From assembly GCA_000165425.1 (NCBI GenBank), contig CT868119.1, positions 434,001-498,000 on the forward strand: a stretch of DNA of 64,000 bases, written 5' to 3'. Below are positions 41,542-54,469 of the stretch, in pieces. The stretch's first letter is position 1. Each line of letters opens with the position of its first letter. A program made the position numbers and the translations under genes. The stretch is from Paramecium tetraurelia. Its lineage: Eukaryota. Below the pieces are notes generated by a model. It was given only the letters and a program-made list of their open reading frames with translations. It did not search any database and was not told where the DNA came from.

Positions 41542-43225
41542 TCAACCTGAATAATTATAATTTATTGATAATTGTTAATTACAAAATCTAATATCATTTT
41601 CAAATAGGAGATATTCCTTCTAGTTTTTAGATGTTTTTCAAAATAATATCGCTAATGTTAAATAAAAGTAATACTTTTTTAATTGTTAATTCTTCTAAAT
41701 TGCTCTTATTGTTTTACTAAAACCGTCTGTGTATTATTTTTCCAATAGCTTTTCCTATAATTTCTTACTTTATTAATAAAGGTTGTCAACATTGAATTCA
41801 TACATAGAATTTAATGATTCATCATCGGTTCGAGAATCCTATGATGCATTCAATTCTACGTGTCTCAAATTCTATTATTTAAAAGACTAAGCTGGTTTTC
41901 TTAATGGAAGTTTAATATTTCTATTTGATGATAATCCTCCTGCAATAAGAATATCTTCTTAAATTTATTACTAGACATCTTTATCTTTATATGGATCATA
42001 TTTAGGATAGTTTGTAATATATTAAATTAATTCTAGATCATTATTAATCAATTAATTCTTAACAAATTGACTACCTTTAACACCCTTCTATAAAAATGGA
42101 TAAATGTGTTTAATATTATTCTATTAGCTCTGATCGAATGTTTATGGTGTACTCAATTTCTGCTCAATGTTTTTCTTGAATTAATAGTTTACATAAATCT
42201 ACTTTTTGGCTTTCTAGCTTTCAATATAATCTTTGATTAGTAATTCTTCCATGTATTATTTGGCCTTCTTATTAACGAGATGACGAATAACGTGTTTTTG
42301 TTAAGGTGCTTCATATTTGACTTTATTGGGATTTTAGTGATTTCTTGAACTCAATAATTAATATGGATTTTAATGTTTAATGATATTTACTGAACTTCCT
42401 TTAAAAATTAATCTATTGTTTGTACTGATATCTTTTTCCTCTGACTTCTTCTATAAGTTTTGAATATATTGATCACTAATATCATACATTTATTTGATCA
42501 TTCCTACATTCTTCAATTCTCTACTTCTCTTAACAAGATCTTCCTTCTCTCTCTTCTCAATCTTTTCTTCTATAAGGTCCCTGATCATATCGAATCTGTC
42601 TAATGCTTGTTATTTTTTGAGCATTTCTTCATTTTTTTAATCCAATAATTTCAAAAAAGCAACGTCATGATTACCTTCATCTGTTACTGCTGATCTCCGA
42701 TAAGTTCTAATAATTTTACTATCTAATAATACACATTGATTTTTGGTCTCTTCTATTTCTTAATAACTGCTGGAATTAATTTATCGAGTTTTTGAGATTA
42801 GTTTTTTCTAATCACAAATTCTTCAGCAGATATTTCTCCCATAATATACTTAGTGAAATTGCTTCGTATGGATGGACTTATAGACATAGCATTATGAATT
42901 TGCAATGGAACTTCGTGTAAATATGCTCGATCAATTGCTGTTTCTGTATTTCTTTTCAATTAAGTCTGTTTTCTCCTCAACAAGGCTTCAGATAAAAAAT
43001 CACCAAAGACATCATTCCAATTCTTCAATCTGGCATCCTTGGGAATCGAAACACCTTCACTCTCCTCTGTTTTAATAAGAATTCTAGGCACATCGTGATT
43101 GGTTGACTGAGCATTGAAGAAATATTATTTACAGCAACTGATCGAGTTGTCTATAATTATGATTCAACTGTCGTCTCATGACACTACAGAAACTTTCTTC
43201 TTTTTGGCAAAAATACTTTATTCAT
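41542..43225 (-). CDS. Hypothetical protein
   Basis: MNKVFLPKRRKFLQ.../STNHDVPRILIKTEE... gives a long open frame. The 3' end is approximate. Confidence 0.55.
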
Positions 43226-43292
43226 TAATTATTATAAATCAATTAACCAAATTACATTAATCATGACTACCTTATTATTTGATCCTATTTAC

Positions 43293-44408
43293 ATGACCTA
43301 AAGTCGATAACTCATATTATAAAATACTACATCCTACTTTAGCAATTATTAATTCAGTTAAGCAGGCATAATTACACAGGAAACAGCTTGTAAAAACAAA
43401 ATCAGGATAAGAAATACACAGTCTTGCAGTGTTTCTTAGATTGCTATTTATAGGGTTGGAATAAAAAATTATAGAAAGAAAGCGTTGGATCTCAAATTTG
43501 AATAGGATTTTAAGGCTAATAATTAAAAAATAATTGAATATTTCATCAGTAAAGTCGACTATACGAACTGTATTAATGCAGACAAGAAGGCATACTTATA
43601 CAATAAAAAAACTATCCAAAAAGATGAGGATATCAAATTTGCAAACTAAAAAATGTTAAACCTGATGAAGATAAGGAAGTTATCTGTTTATTTAGGTATG
43701 TTTGATTAGATATTGAGATTTGAAAAACCAATCACCACTAGAAATAGATTATTTCAAGAACAGACAGAATTTTTGATGGTATCTTGAAAACAGCCTAGAA
43801 AGCTTCTATATTTAGCTTAGAGGATAAAGATCTTTCAAGGTAAATATGTAGGAGTGAGAGGAGATGAAGAAGAACTCCAATAAATAATAGGAACTAGAAT
43901 TCAAGATGTTAATAAAGCTAGATAATTATCAAGTGCCAAACTATCATATTCAGTATTGAAGGAATTCATTAAATCGAATGAAAAACATTTTATTATAGGC
44001 CCATAAATAGATGAATAGGGAAATGTTTGTTTGAAGAATGTGTAATAATTCTTAGAATGGGGGCTTGGTTCGCGAATGAATCCAGATCTGTCTAGATTAA
44101 AGTAAATTGAGATTGACCGATATGTAAGGATTAAAGTGTTATTTTAGTGAATAATAATATATTGTATTGGATGCTCCAATTACAATTAACAATTGGAAAA
44201 GAATGGTTGCAGTATTTTTGAGAAGATCTGCTAATTAGTTGAAACAATTACTGAACAAAATCCTAGTCAATTATTAAACAGTAACTATATTTGCTATTTC
44301 TACTCTAGCATAAGAGGATAATATATGGAATCTGAAGAGGACAAAATAAAGGACTTATTCATGTAATGGAATGCTAAGGTTTTGGAATTACAGAGAAGCA
44401 AAAGGTGA
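43293..44408 (+). CDS. Hypothetical protein, possibly pseudogenised
   Basis: Coding-like frame (…QGKYVGVRGDEEELQ…FLEWGLGSRMNPDL…) with an in-frame TGA at ~44148 that I cannot remove with a canonical intron. Confidence 0.45.
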
Positions 44409-44510
44409 ATGCATTTTGGGAAGATCTAGAAGCTTTTCTCTTGAAACCTGCTAAGTTATCATAATAATGAGTATTTTGGATATTTAATATTTCTGTGTAT
44501 TTGTATATTT

Positions 44511-44826
44511 TCAATGCTTTTATTAAAACACCTCTGTTGCATTTTAATATTTCGATACAAACCTATCATTTTCGACATCATAAGTAGGCAATACCAATAT
44601 TCTATTCTTATGCAATTCCTATTGGATTTTGTAATTGAGTGCATACTAATATAATTCAATTTCGCTTTACTTATTTTCTACGATTGACACATTCTAAGAA
44701 GTCTAGTCCTTCGATTGCACACATTTTATTTGGTAAATTTTCTTTATTGATACAAGCTTGCATTCTCTCATAAAAAGTGATACAAGGGTTGATCCCACCA
44801 GATGTATTGATTCCAATGTATGACAT
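44511..44826 (-). CDS. NDUFS5: Complex I 15-kDa subunit NDUFS5-like (twin CX9C)
   Basis: MSYIGINTSGGINPCITFYERMQACINKENLPNKMCAIEGLDFLECVNRRKQ/YALNYKIQ...: two exact CX9C motifs plus DFLEC, and one 25-nt intron. Confidence 0.78.
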
Positions 44827-45676
44827 TAAAATTAATTAATATTATTATTATTATTATTTTGATATCTGAACAGATGATAAAAATTACATCTTTAGATAAA
44901 CCCTACCTTCATTCATAAATGCTATTTCTCATGTTGAAAACATTAATTCACTCCGAAACAAGATTTTTCATATTTTCTTTATAACATAATGAAAAAGATA
45001 GATCTATTGCTTAAGCGATTTAATTTTGGAATTAGAATATGCTATTAGTAATTATTATTGATGCTATACTTTCTGATTGAAATGACAATTTTAATCACTT
45101 CCAATGATAGTGGTTATTTAATAATCTAAACAATGATGTAAATCTGTATTTTTATGCATAGAATGAGGCAGTGTTATCAAACAATATTGATCAAAACAAG
45201 AAAGAAAAATAGATTACCTGATGGAATTTTATCAAACTATCTATTAGAAAATAAAAATAAGGAATTTCTCTTTTAATCTTTATCAATCATTTTTTATGTT
45301 TAGAACTGGCTCTTTCTTCTAAACTCCTTTAATTAATGACCTATCGCTCTCCTCATTTTATATAGCACTTTGAATATTGAAGTATAATAAATTATTATAA
45401 AATAATAGTGCTTCGATTATTTTCTTATCAATCTAATTGATATCAATAGCTTTTGTACAATGATAAAATAAATGATATATAGATGAAATAAAATCTCAGT
45501 TGTTATTAGAAATATTAAATTTCTTATTCCATCACCTTATTTGAACAACTCCATTAAATTCTATTTATTTTAATTTGAAAAAAATAACAAATGTAAATTA
45601 TATATAAACATATTATTGATCATAAATAAATAAATTGATAATTCATAATTTTTTCCAATATTTCAAATATTAATTA

Positions 45677-48600
45677 ATGAATACATATAGCTCTGTTAAG
45701 TAAAATTTGATATATATTGAAGATCTATTGAGTCTCAAATTTTAGGAAGAAGAATACAAGAACCAAATGTAGCTGTTATGTTTTGCAAACATTAACCAAA
45801 TCAAAAGCATCATTCTCCAGAATCCTTTTTAGATTAATTTGTCAATTTGAAATTAGTTGAACCCTAAAAAATATTATAAAAGCAGAAACCTCCCTAGGTG
45901 TAATAGGGCAAAGCAATAGCTAACACTGTTTAACTTTTAAAACCCGCCTAAAGTTCAATCTCAGTAAAAAAATAAACAAAGCGAACAATATCCCCAAAAA
46001 AAAAGAAAGCATAAACAGTTGATTGTGTTCAAATGAACAAGCCTAAATCATAATAACAGAGAAGGGAATAAATGGGATTGGGAGAATTAAACGAAAAATA
46101 AATTAAGCAACGAACGAGTAATTTCAAATTTAATTTTAGAAAAAATAAAATAAAAAGAGAAGTCAACAGAACAACCTCTCAAGAAGAAGCCTTATGAACC
46201 TAATACTAAGCTATAATCTTACATAATATAAAAGAAAACCGTAATTTACAATAATTACATGTAATAGTAATTGATGGTTGAAATGGAAAAATAAAGAAAG
46301 TAACGAAATGCAATTAACAAGATTGGAGAACTTAGCCTAGTTAAATTAATCCGTCAAAGATATATTTAAAAAGTGCAAGACTTAAGAGAACTCTAATTTG
46401 CAACCATCTAAAGCGATTGTAAAGAGAAGGAAGATCGAAGCCTAAAAAGAGAATGCCTAGTAGAATATTAGACAAATCAAAAATTAAAATAAAACTAAGT
46501 AGTTGCAATAAAAGTTTGATGACATTTCTCATAGATATCAATAAATCCAAGATGTTAGATATAATGACATAAATAATGTAGAGCAATGCATTTTCGAGAT
46601 GGATGAAGAAGATGATTAATATTCTGCTGTCAGTGATAATTAATTGGTTCAATTAGCACTTCAAGAACTTTAAAAAATAAAACCTACAGAGTATCTGATT
46701 AATAAGGTTAAATACATAATCGAGAATCAGAACAACATTGATTTAGATTTTATTACAGAATAAGATTATTAAGTAATTCAGTATCATCTTATGAATCAAG
46801 CTGCCACTAAATTATAAAGTGTATGGAGAGGAGTATACGTTCGAAAATAAATACTTAATGAATTATAAAATATGATGGAAGAAGAGTATGACAATTTATC
46901 ACAAGAAGATCTTTCAAAGACATATTAAAGGAAGCAGTTTTAATAAGAATTTATTGGAAACATATCCAATTCTAACTCAAAGGGAGTATGTGAATCAAAT
47001 GTCTCAGCCTCAAATAAAATTGAAAATCGTTCTTTATAAGATTTGAACTTTAATCAAGATTAACAGCCTAATAAGTATGAATAAGCAAAATAACACTTTT
47101 ATTCTGAAGAGGATCAAGCATTGGATATTAAATTATCTGATTAATTGTCTGAATTAATAATGATCTAACAACCTAATAGTCCTATTGAATAGACTGAAGA
47201 CTTTTCAATATAGTTTGGGTAGATTGAGAAGAGAAATTGTTTGGAATAGATCGATTCCTTTGCTAGAAATGAAGATGAAAAAACAAATTCATTATCTTAA
47301 TCTGTAGTTTAATAAATTTAATAAGAATTGGATTCATGGAATTGTTAAATAGATACTCTGTTTTAATAAAGTAATGATGGTGATACAATATCAAAAGTCA
47401 AATAATAGATCTCTTAAACAGTTATCAAGATTGTTAATTCACATTTGAAAAAGTCAAGGGAAGTTAAATAATTAAATGAAAGTGCACATGATGAGAAAAT
47501 TAGAAATCAATATGAAGCCAATAATGAAAAGCATTTTAATGATACAATTAAGAGGTTAAAAAAATCTAAAGAATTTGGTGCTGAACAATTACTATACTCG
47601 TCAAGGGAAATTGAGTAAAATAATGATAATTTGAATTTGGAATCCCAATTAAAATTGAAGGAAAATGAACTTTTAAATATGAGAGAACAAGCCAGAAACT
47701 TAAGATATTTTAGTGAATTAAAGAAAGTTAAGTAAGATAGCAATAAAAAATAAGAATTAGATTTGTGGCNNNNNNNNNNNNNNNNNNNNNNNNNNNNNNN
47801 NNNNNNNNNNNNNNNNNNNNNNNNNNNNNNNNNNNNNNNNNNNNNNNNNNNNNNNNNNNNNNNNNNNNNNNNNNNNNNNNNNNNNNNNNNNNNNNNNNNN
47901 NNNNNNNNNNNNNNNNNNNAAGCCAATAAAAAAATAAAAATTTAGGTTTGGGGCGTTGAAAAAAGAAAAAAAAAGAATTAAAAAAGTACTAAATAAGCAA
48001 TTGAAATAAGCAGAATTAGAGAAGCCTAAACAATCTAGAAAATCTAAAGAGATCTACAGATAGCATCTAAAATTGATGAAAACAATCCAAAAATCTAAAA
48101 CTTTAAAAAATTTGTTGATGAACAACTTTTAGAAACTAGTTCTTTAGTAAATGAATCTAAAATTATTGAAAATTAGACTATAAAATAAGAGAATGAGTAT
48201 TAGGAACAAAGTGATATGAATCTTATAAATGAAAATGCAAACAATGACAATTCAAATGAAACCTTTCACCACATTAACTATATTACCAATAGTATTTTAG
48301 ATTAAGTAGTTAATACTTTAAGTTAAGGTAATTTTAAATATAAATTATTTAGAACTTTTCAGTAACAAAAGTGAATTCAAATTGGTTATGTCACTTATGA
48401 TAAACGAATTCTCTAATGTTGAATCTAAAACTTCAACATAATATATTCAAGAATATATCAAAAGTCTTTTTGATTTTATTTTGTTAAATTATAGTGAAGA
48501 TCTTATTAGGAATCTTAATATTCCTTATGGATTCAGGCCATTAAGAAGAATACAATTAATGCATGGATATGATGTTGAAGATGACATACAAAATTCAGAT

Positions 48601-49294
48601 TAAAGAAGTAGTCAAATAGCTTTTCCTATTGATCAATCTGTGTTTGTCTAGTTTGAATAATAGAGAATTGAAATGAATTCTAATAGGAGTGGTTATCAAA
48701 AGGACAATGAATATTACTTTGAGAATGTTCATAACAAAGCCATATTCGATGCTTGTAATGAAGCATTAAATTACTAGAGATAATATTATTTAAGTAAATA
48801 AATAAAAGATTTATTAATAGACCAAGGACAGCCATATCCTTGGGAATAATTAGAATATCAAGCCATTATTCAAAAAGACAAATTATCTACTATATTGAGA
48901 AATATGGAGGATAAAGTTCTCACTTGGTCCAAAACCTTAGGAGGATTTCTACCAATCGAAAACAATTATCAAATACCTATAGAGAAGTAAGAAGTGTTGG
49001 AGGAGAAGAACTCATAGCTAACAATTAGTTCATTGCATCGATTTGAAAAGAAGCCATTCTTAGATTCTTAATTACAGGAATAGATGCAAGAAAATTTAAC
49101 AAGCATCAGGGATGAAAGAATCTATAAGTTATTAATTTAAGATGTAACTTATAGTATTAATTTGATAGATAAAAGAAAATGAATTTAGATGGTATCTTGC
49201 GGAAGATGATAGAGCAGAGTTTCTAATGGAATTTAGTGATGTAATTTTCGAGTAATTAGTAGAGGAAATAGTCTCGGAATAACTCTTATAATGA
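45677..49294 (+). CDS. Large IQ-motif/coiled-coil protein with C-terminal DUF4378 (CEP350-like C-terminus)
   Basis: IQ motif AATKLQSVWRGVYVRK. C-terminal HNKAIFDACNEALN...PYPW...RWYLAEDDRAEFLMEFSDVIFEQLVEE. Spans the N gap. Confidence 0.75.
47770..47919. other. Assembly gap (150 N)
   Basis: N run; the flanks are degraded copies of each other. Confidence 0.98.
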
Positions 49295-49335
49295 ATATAT
49301 ATTATTATAAATAATTAAAATAATTGAAAGAAGAA

Positions 49336-49656
49336 ATGATAAGCGATACTGTATTGCTTGTGTCAATTATAAGTGCGGCATCTATATTAGTAGTGATTGG
49401 GATATTTTGTATATGGAAAAAACTAAAGATTAGAACCATTAATAATTTGAATAATAAGCCAATGCCTAAAGCATATGTTGAAATTCCTGACAAAACTGAT
49501 AGGCAAGCCAGACCCCCCACAAATCCATAATAATGTTCTCCAAAAGGGGATGAAGATAGTATAGCAATAAAACGAAAAGTAAAGAATTTTTCATCTGCAG
49601 TGGTAAACAAAAAGAAAAATCTCACAATAAAAATTCCAACAAAAGAAGAAAGTTGA
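49336..49656 (+). CDS. Small single-pass membrane protein
   Basis: MISDTVLLVSIISAASILVVIGIFCIWKKLK...KKNLTIKIPTKEES-TGA. Confidence 0.65.
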
Positions 49657-49744
49657 ATGAGCTCTAATTTATATCTATTAATTTTTTTGGTTTTTAGTAA
49701 TTTGTAATTTTAATAATCACCGAAAAAAATAAAATTAACCCTAA

Positions 49745-50332
49745 ATGATCTTGCTGCTATTATTTGATTTTGTTTAGTGTATGTAATTTGGTTATGAAGT
49801 GGATAAAGGATAACAAATTTGTTTCTAAGATTACTTTTCATAAAATGATGTATTCGATTTGAAAATAAGAGCAAATACTTCTAATTATGCTGTAAAATTA
49901 GAGGAAGCAGTAGCAAAGAGATATGCCATCTTATATGAAAAAAGCGGATCTTGGGAGCACAATTATCAACATTAATCAAGTCACAAAACTTCTCATTTGA
50001 AGTATTGCTTCATAAATTTGGAAGATGAAATTGTATTATTTAATGTTACATACAAAACAGGATCTGAATTAGCAGACATGCAAAAGGTAGCAAAAATATC
50101 AGATTTAAATCAAATGGGGGATAATATGAAGAAATTAAATGGTTTACTAGATGATATCAAAAGAGAAAGATCATTTCTTATATCAAAATATGATTATATG
50201 GATAAAATGCAAGGATCGATTTCAAAGAAACAGGTCGTGTTTGGCCTTTTGTGTTTAGGGTTGTCATTTATAATAACTGCTATTACTCTGAATTTGATAA
50301 AGAGAATTTTATAACAAAAAAAAACATAATGA
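49745..50332 (+). CDS. p24/emp24 GOLD-domain cargo receptor
   Basis: Signal peptide, QICFQD...YCF GOLD cysteines, coiled coil, TM and a C-terminal KKTQ dilysine signal. Confidence 0.85.
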
Positions 50333-50391
50333 ATGTTGATTAGTATAGTTTATCAATTAAATATATATGAATTATTTGGGATTATCAAGAA

Positions 50392-51756
50392 TCATTCTAT
50401 CTCTGACTACTGTTACTCTTATTCCTCTTATTATTCATCCTATAGATCTTAATCCTCTTGCTAATTCAATTACTCCTCACTCTCATTTATTTAGATTTCG
50501 ATTTCTGTTTTACATAATGGACATTGCTTATTATTCTACAGCCAATTTTTTATACAACTAGAATGATATATATGTTTGCAAGGCAATTCTCTCACCTTCT
50601 CTTCTTCCTTAAATTCGAATAAGCATACTGAACATCTATAAATAATCACACAATTCTTACTTGTCTTCTGGTATATTGGCTTAATTCAATGTTCTTTTTG
50701 GCAATTGCTTAATTTGTTATTTAGTCAATCCCTTAGGCACATTACTAATTTAATCAGTAACTTTACCCAATTTATTCTTCTAATTCTAAGAGTTGTTCAT
50801 AAGTCATAGCATCTGGATCGATTTCTTGATCTTAGTATTCGTGAAGGTGTTCTAACTATTGTTAATCTCCTTGGTATAGATATTGCATTAACTAATATAA
50901 TTGTTGTCTTGTAAGAGGAATATGATTCTATTACTATTGTTATTGATCATCCTTGACTAAAATAATTGCATACCTCTTAGTTCATATCTTGATTGGAGTT
51001 GTTTTGATACTTTTCTTGCATCTCATCCAATTCCTATTAGAGTTGATCAATCTATTCTTTTAATTACTTCTTTTTTGATTTCTATTTTTTTATTTTCTCT
51101 TCCAATTGATGAACTTATAATTCATAAGCCTGATTCGTTTCCTGCAGTTTATTTATTTATTCCACAAAGGATTCATTTATCTTTTTTCAATAATTTAAAT
51201 ACTTTATATTATTATTGAAGTCTATTGTTTAGAATTTTATTCTTCTTTATTAATTGCATATTCAATTAATTTAATTGATGCTCATTACTTAATTTCAATT
51301 AGAATATGTTATCCTACAAATGCATATATATAATATTACTTGTTATTTTAGATCAAATTAGTTTTGCTTTTGTATTCTTCTCTCGAATTGATTATGCATA
51401 CCTCTAATCAAATAAATTTTAATCATTACAGTTCCTGTTCTTCTTGTTGCTTTATTTTTAGGTGCTGAGGTTAATCACTTAATAGGCTTTAATTACGAAT
51501 GTTTGCTATGCCATTCAGGAACACTTTACCTGCTATCTAAACTTAGTTTCCTTTTAACAGAGGAGAGCCCTTCGTTATTTAAGGTCTTCTAACTTAAAAC
51601 TATTTCACTTATTGCAAATTCAGGATACTAGGATTTTACATTAAATTAATTAATAAAAAAAAAACTAAAAGTCCTTATTTTATAATTCTAATAACGCCAT
51701 AATGTTGATTTTGGGAACAGAACAAAGTTTTACTAAGATTTATTTGATGTCATCAT
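50392..51756 (-). CDS. Coiled-coil + C-terminal RING-H2 E3 ligase
   Basis: [19 protein letters not shown] followed by [42 protein letters not shown]. Confidence 0.88.
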
Positions 51757-52288
51757 TTTAAAGATAATCAAAGAAATTAATTAAAATCAATAAATATTTT
51801 TTTATCAATTTTTCTATAAATTCTAGACTAAAGTGATTTTATTCATTCTGAAAGAAAATCTTGAATCTAATCCTATTCATAAATCAATTTTTTCCAGCAA
51901 CTAAATCATTTATAATCCTTTATTCCTTCTTCATACATATATTCAATCATATTCTAAACTAATTGAAAGAAAAGAATCAAAAAAATTACTAAAGATTAAC
52001 TATACCATCATAATATTTTTCCATCTGATTATGAATTTCAGCGTTAATGTATATTTATAAAATATTGTTGACCTTATAATTGCAAAGTTGTGGCTATATT
52101 CTTTTCAAATATAGATTAGATTAGAATTTGAGTAAAATATGAAAACCTCCTACTTTGAAGGTGGATAAAGACTTTGAATTTATCTTTAAATGTAGTTAAT
52201 ATTTCTTGAATTATTTTATATCAAATTAATTGAAAAATTATTGAGTTAATTTTATATTCCGCTCTAGCCTTCTCAGCACGTATTAGTT

Positions 52289-52438
52289 NNNNNNNNNNNN
52301 NNNNNNNNNNNNNNNNNNNNNNNNNNNNNNNNNNNNNNNNNNNNNNNNNNNNNNNNNNNNNNNNNNNNNNNNNNNNNNNNNNNNNNNNNNNNNNNNNNNN
52401 NNNNNNNNNNNNNNNNNNNNNNNNNNNNNNNNNNNNNN
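52289..52438. other. Assembly gap (150 N)
   Basis: N run; the flanks share TCAA(A)TTAATTGAAAA(A)TTATTGAGT. Confidence 0.98.
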
Positions 52439-52862
52439 TATCAATTAATTGAAAATTATTGAGTCAACCTCATATTGGCCCCCCACTCATATATCGCCAT
52501 TATAAAAAAAAAGATATAGGGTACAACCCTATTATTTATTCATTTATGAACTACTTCATATAAAAAATGAGATGATTAAACAATCAATAAGTACAGAAGA
52601 AATCAAGTAATATACTCAAATATTTACAATTAATTTCTAAACTGAATTCTCAATTTATTAATCAAATTAAATATAATTGCCTTAACTTTTAAGTTCCTTA
52701 AGATTAGATTATTTGGTTATGAAATCAAATAGGTTTTAATTAATATCTTTTCAGCTTTATCATTTTTTAAAGCTTGAAGGATATTTTAATGGTAATAATT
52801 GCTTTTTAAAACTCATTTAATTTTAAATTATAAAATAACGCACAATTTAATAGAGTATTTAT

Positions 52863-54262
52863 TCATGCATCACATAATGCAATGTCATTTATTGCAAATT
52901 TTCCAGAAGCCTCCTTAGAAACTCGAAGCAATTTTTGAATTTTCTTAATAATGATTAGTTAGATACCTTTCTACATAGATAGCAATTTGGAGATTTCTTT
53001 AAACATTTTTCAAGGCAATCATCACAGATTCCGCCATGTTAACAAGGAAGCATCACAATTTGAGGCTCATTTTCAAAACAAATCTGACACTTTTCTTCAC
53101 CTTTGACAAGTCCAGATTCTCTCTCAACTGGAGAATTAATTTATTCAGTCTTAGCCATGAATTCAAAAGCCTTGAGTCTAGCCTTTTGATTTATAACACT
53201 GAAATTGCTATTGGATATGTGCTATAATTATTTCTACTATTTGTTAGACTCTTAGGCAAAATCGAAATATGTTGAAGATATTTGAATTAGTTTTTACGGT
53301 AAGGAAATTTTAAGAAAGTGATAAGGTAATTTTTCTTCTTGCCCAACTGGTTCTTATTGTATCTCAATATCAAATCCCATATCCTTAATGAATTATCTAA
53401 AAATATAATGAATTTTCTTACATAAGTTACACTTTACAAATAGCAGTAACTACATAAAGTGAAAGATTATAAGAAACTATTAAGATGCATAATAATGTAG
53501 CTTAATCAGTTGTTTGGAAATGCTTTACTTCCTAATTTTGGCATACAATATAACAAAACCACATTGGAATTCCACTAAATCCGCATAAATAAAATGTTAG
53601 CCAAATTCCTCCTACTAATTATGTTTTGGTTGTCTTCTTTTTGTAGTAATCAATTAAGGTTTCACCTATAGAGAGAAGAAAAACAAAGTGCACAATAAAG
53701 CATATAACTAACAAACCCCAAGCAATACTAAATGTTGTATACCAACTCCAATAAATTGTGCACTTCCATCTCATTGTTATTAGCATTAACTAAAGTACAA
53801 GCAGTATTTTTACACCTTAAATAAGCTATATTTTAATGTATATGATACGAAGGAGTATTAAGTGATGGACTAATTTGTTGCAATTTTTCTAATATTAATA
53901 ATGACAGATCTAATGAAGTAATATGCCATGATGACATAGCTAAAATATTGGATGTCCAGTTCAGAGTAGGTGAAGTTGATTAGGATTGTAGTCTTGAAAA
54001 TAGCTGCTAAAAAAGTATCAATCAATAGATTCCCCACTGTAATTTTATACCTAAAACATTACATCAATAATAACTTGATTTTCAAAATTGACAGAGTCAG
54101 AATGACAATTATATCGATAATCCAATAGAACACTATCAATATTATTAGCTCATAATCCAACATCAAATAAGTAGTGTAAATTAAAATATATGCATTTGTA
54201 AACGTTAAAAGTATTAAAAGTTAGGATAATCTAGTGGCTGGATCAATCGATATTGTTGCCAT
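52863..54262 (-). CDS. Multi-pass membrane protein with C-terminal C3HC4 RING
   Basis: Hydrophobic N-terminal half (MATISIDPATRLSQLLILL...), then CQICFENEPQIVMLPCQHGGICDDC...CYLCRK. The internal exon structure is uncertain. Confidence 0.75.
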
Positions 54263-54469
54263 TTCATTCTAAATTTATATATTAGGTTAAGGTCTAAATA
54301 GTTTATTAAATATAATATTATAAACCTCATTTAATTGCTGAAAACAAAATTATTCATTAATTATTTTAATCATCTGAATTTAGTTTATATAGATCTTAAT
54401 AAGTATATTAAATATCTTTCAGTTAAAATATTCTATAATAAATAATTTATATTAGTTAAAAACTATTAC

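Noticed and set aside
47946..47954. TTTGGGG as a telomeric repeat
   Set aside because: Single copy in low-quality gap-flanking sequence that duplicates ATTTGTGGC.
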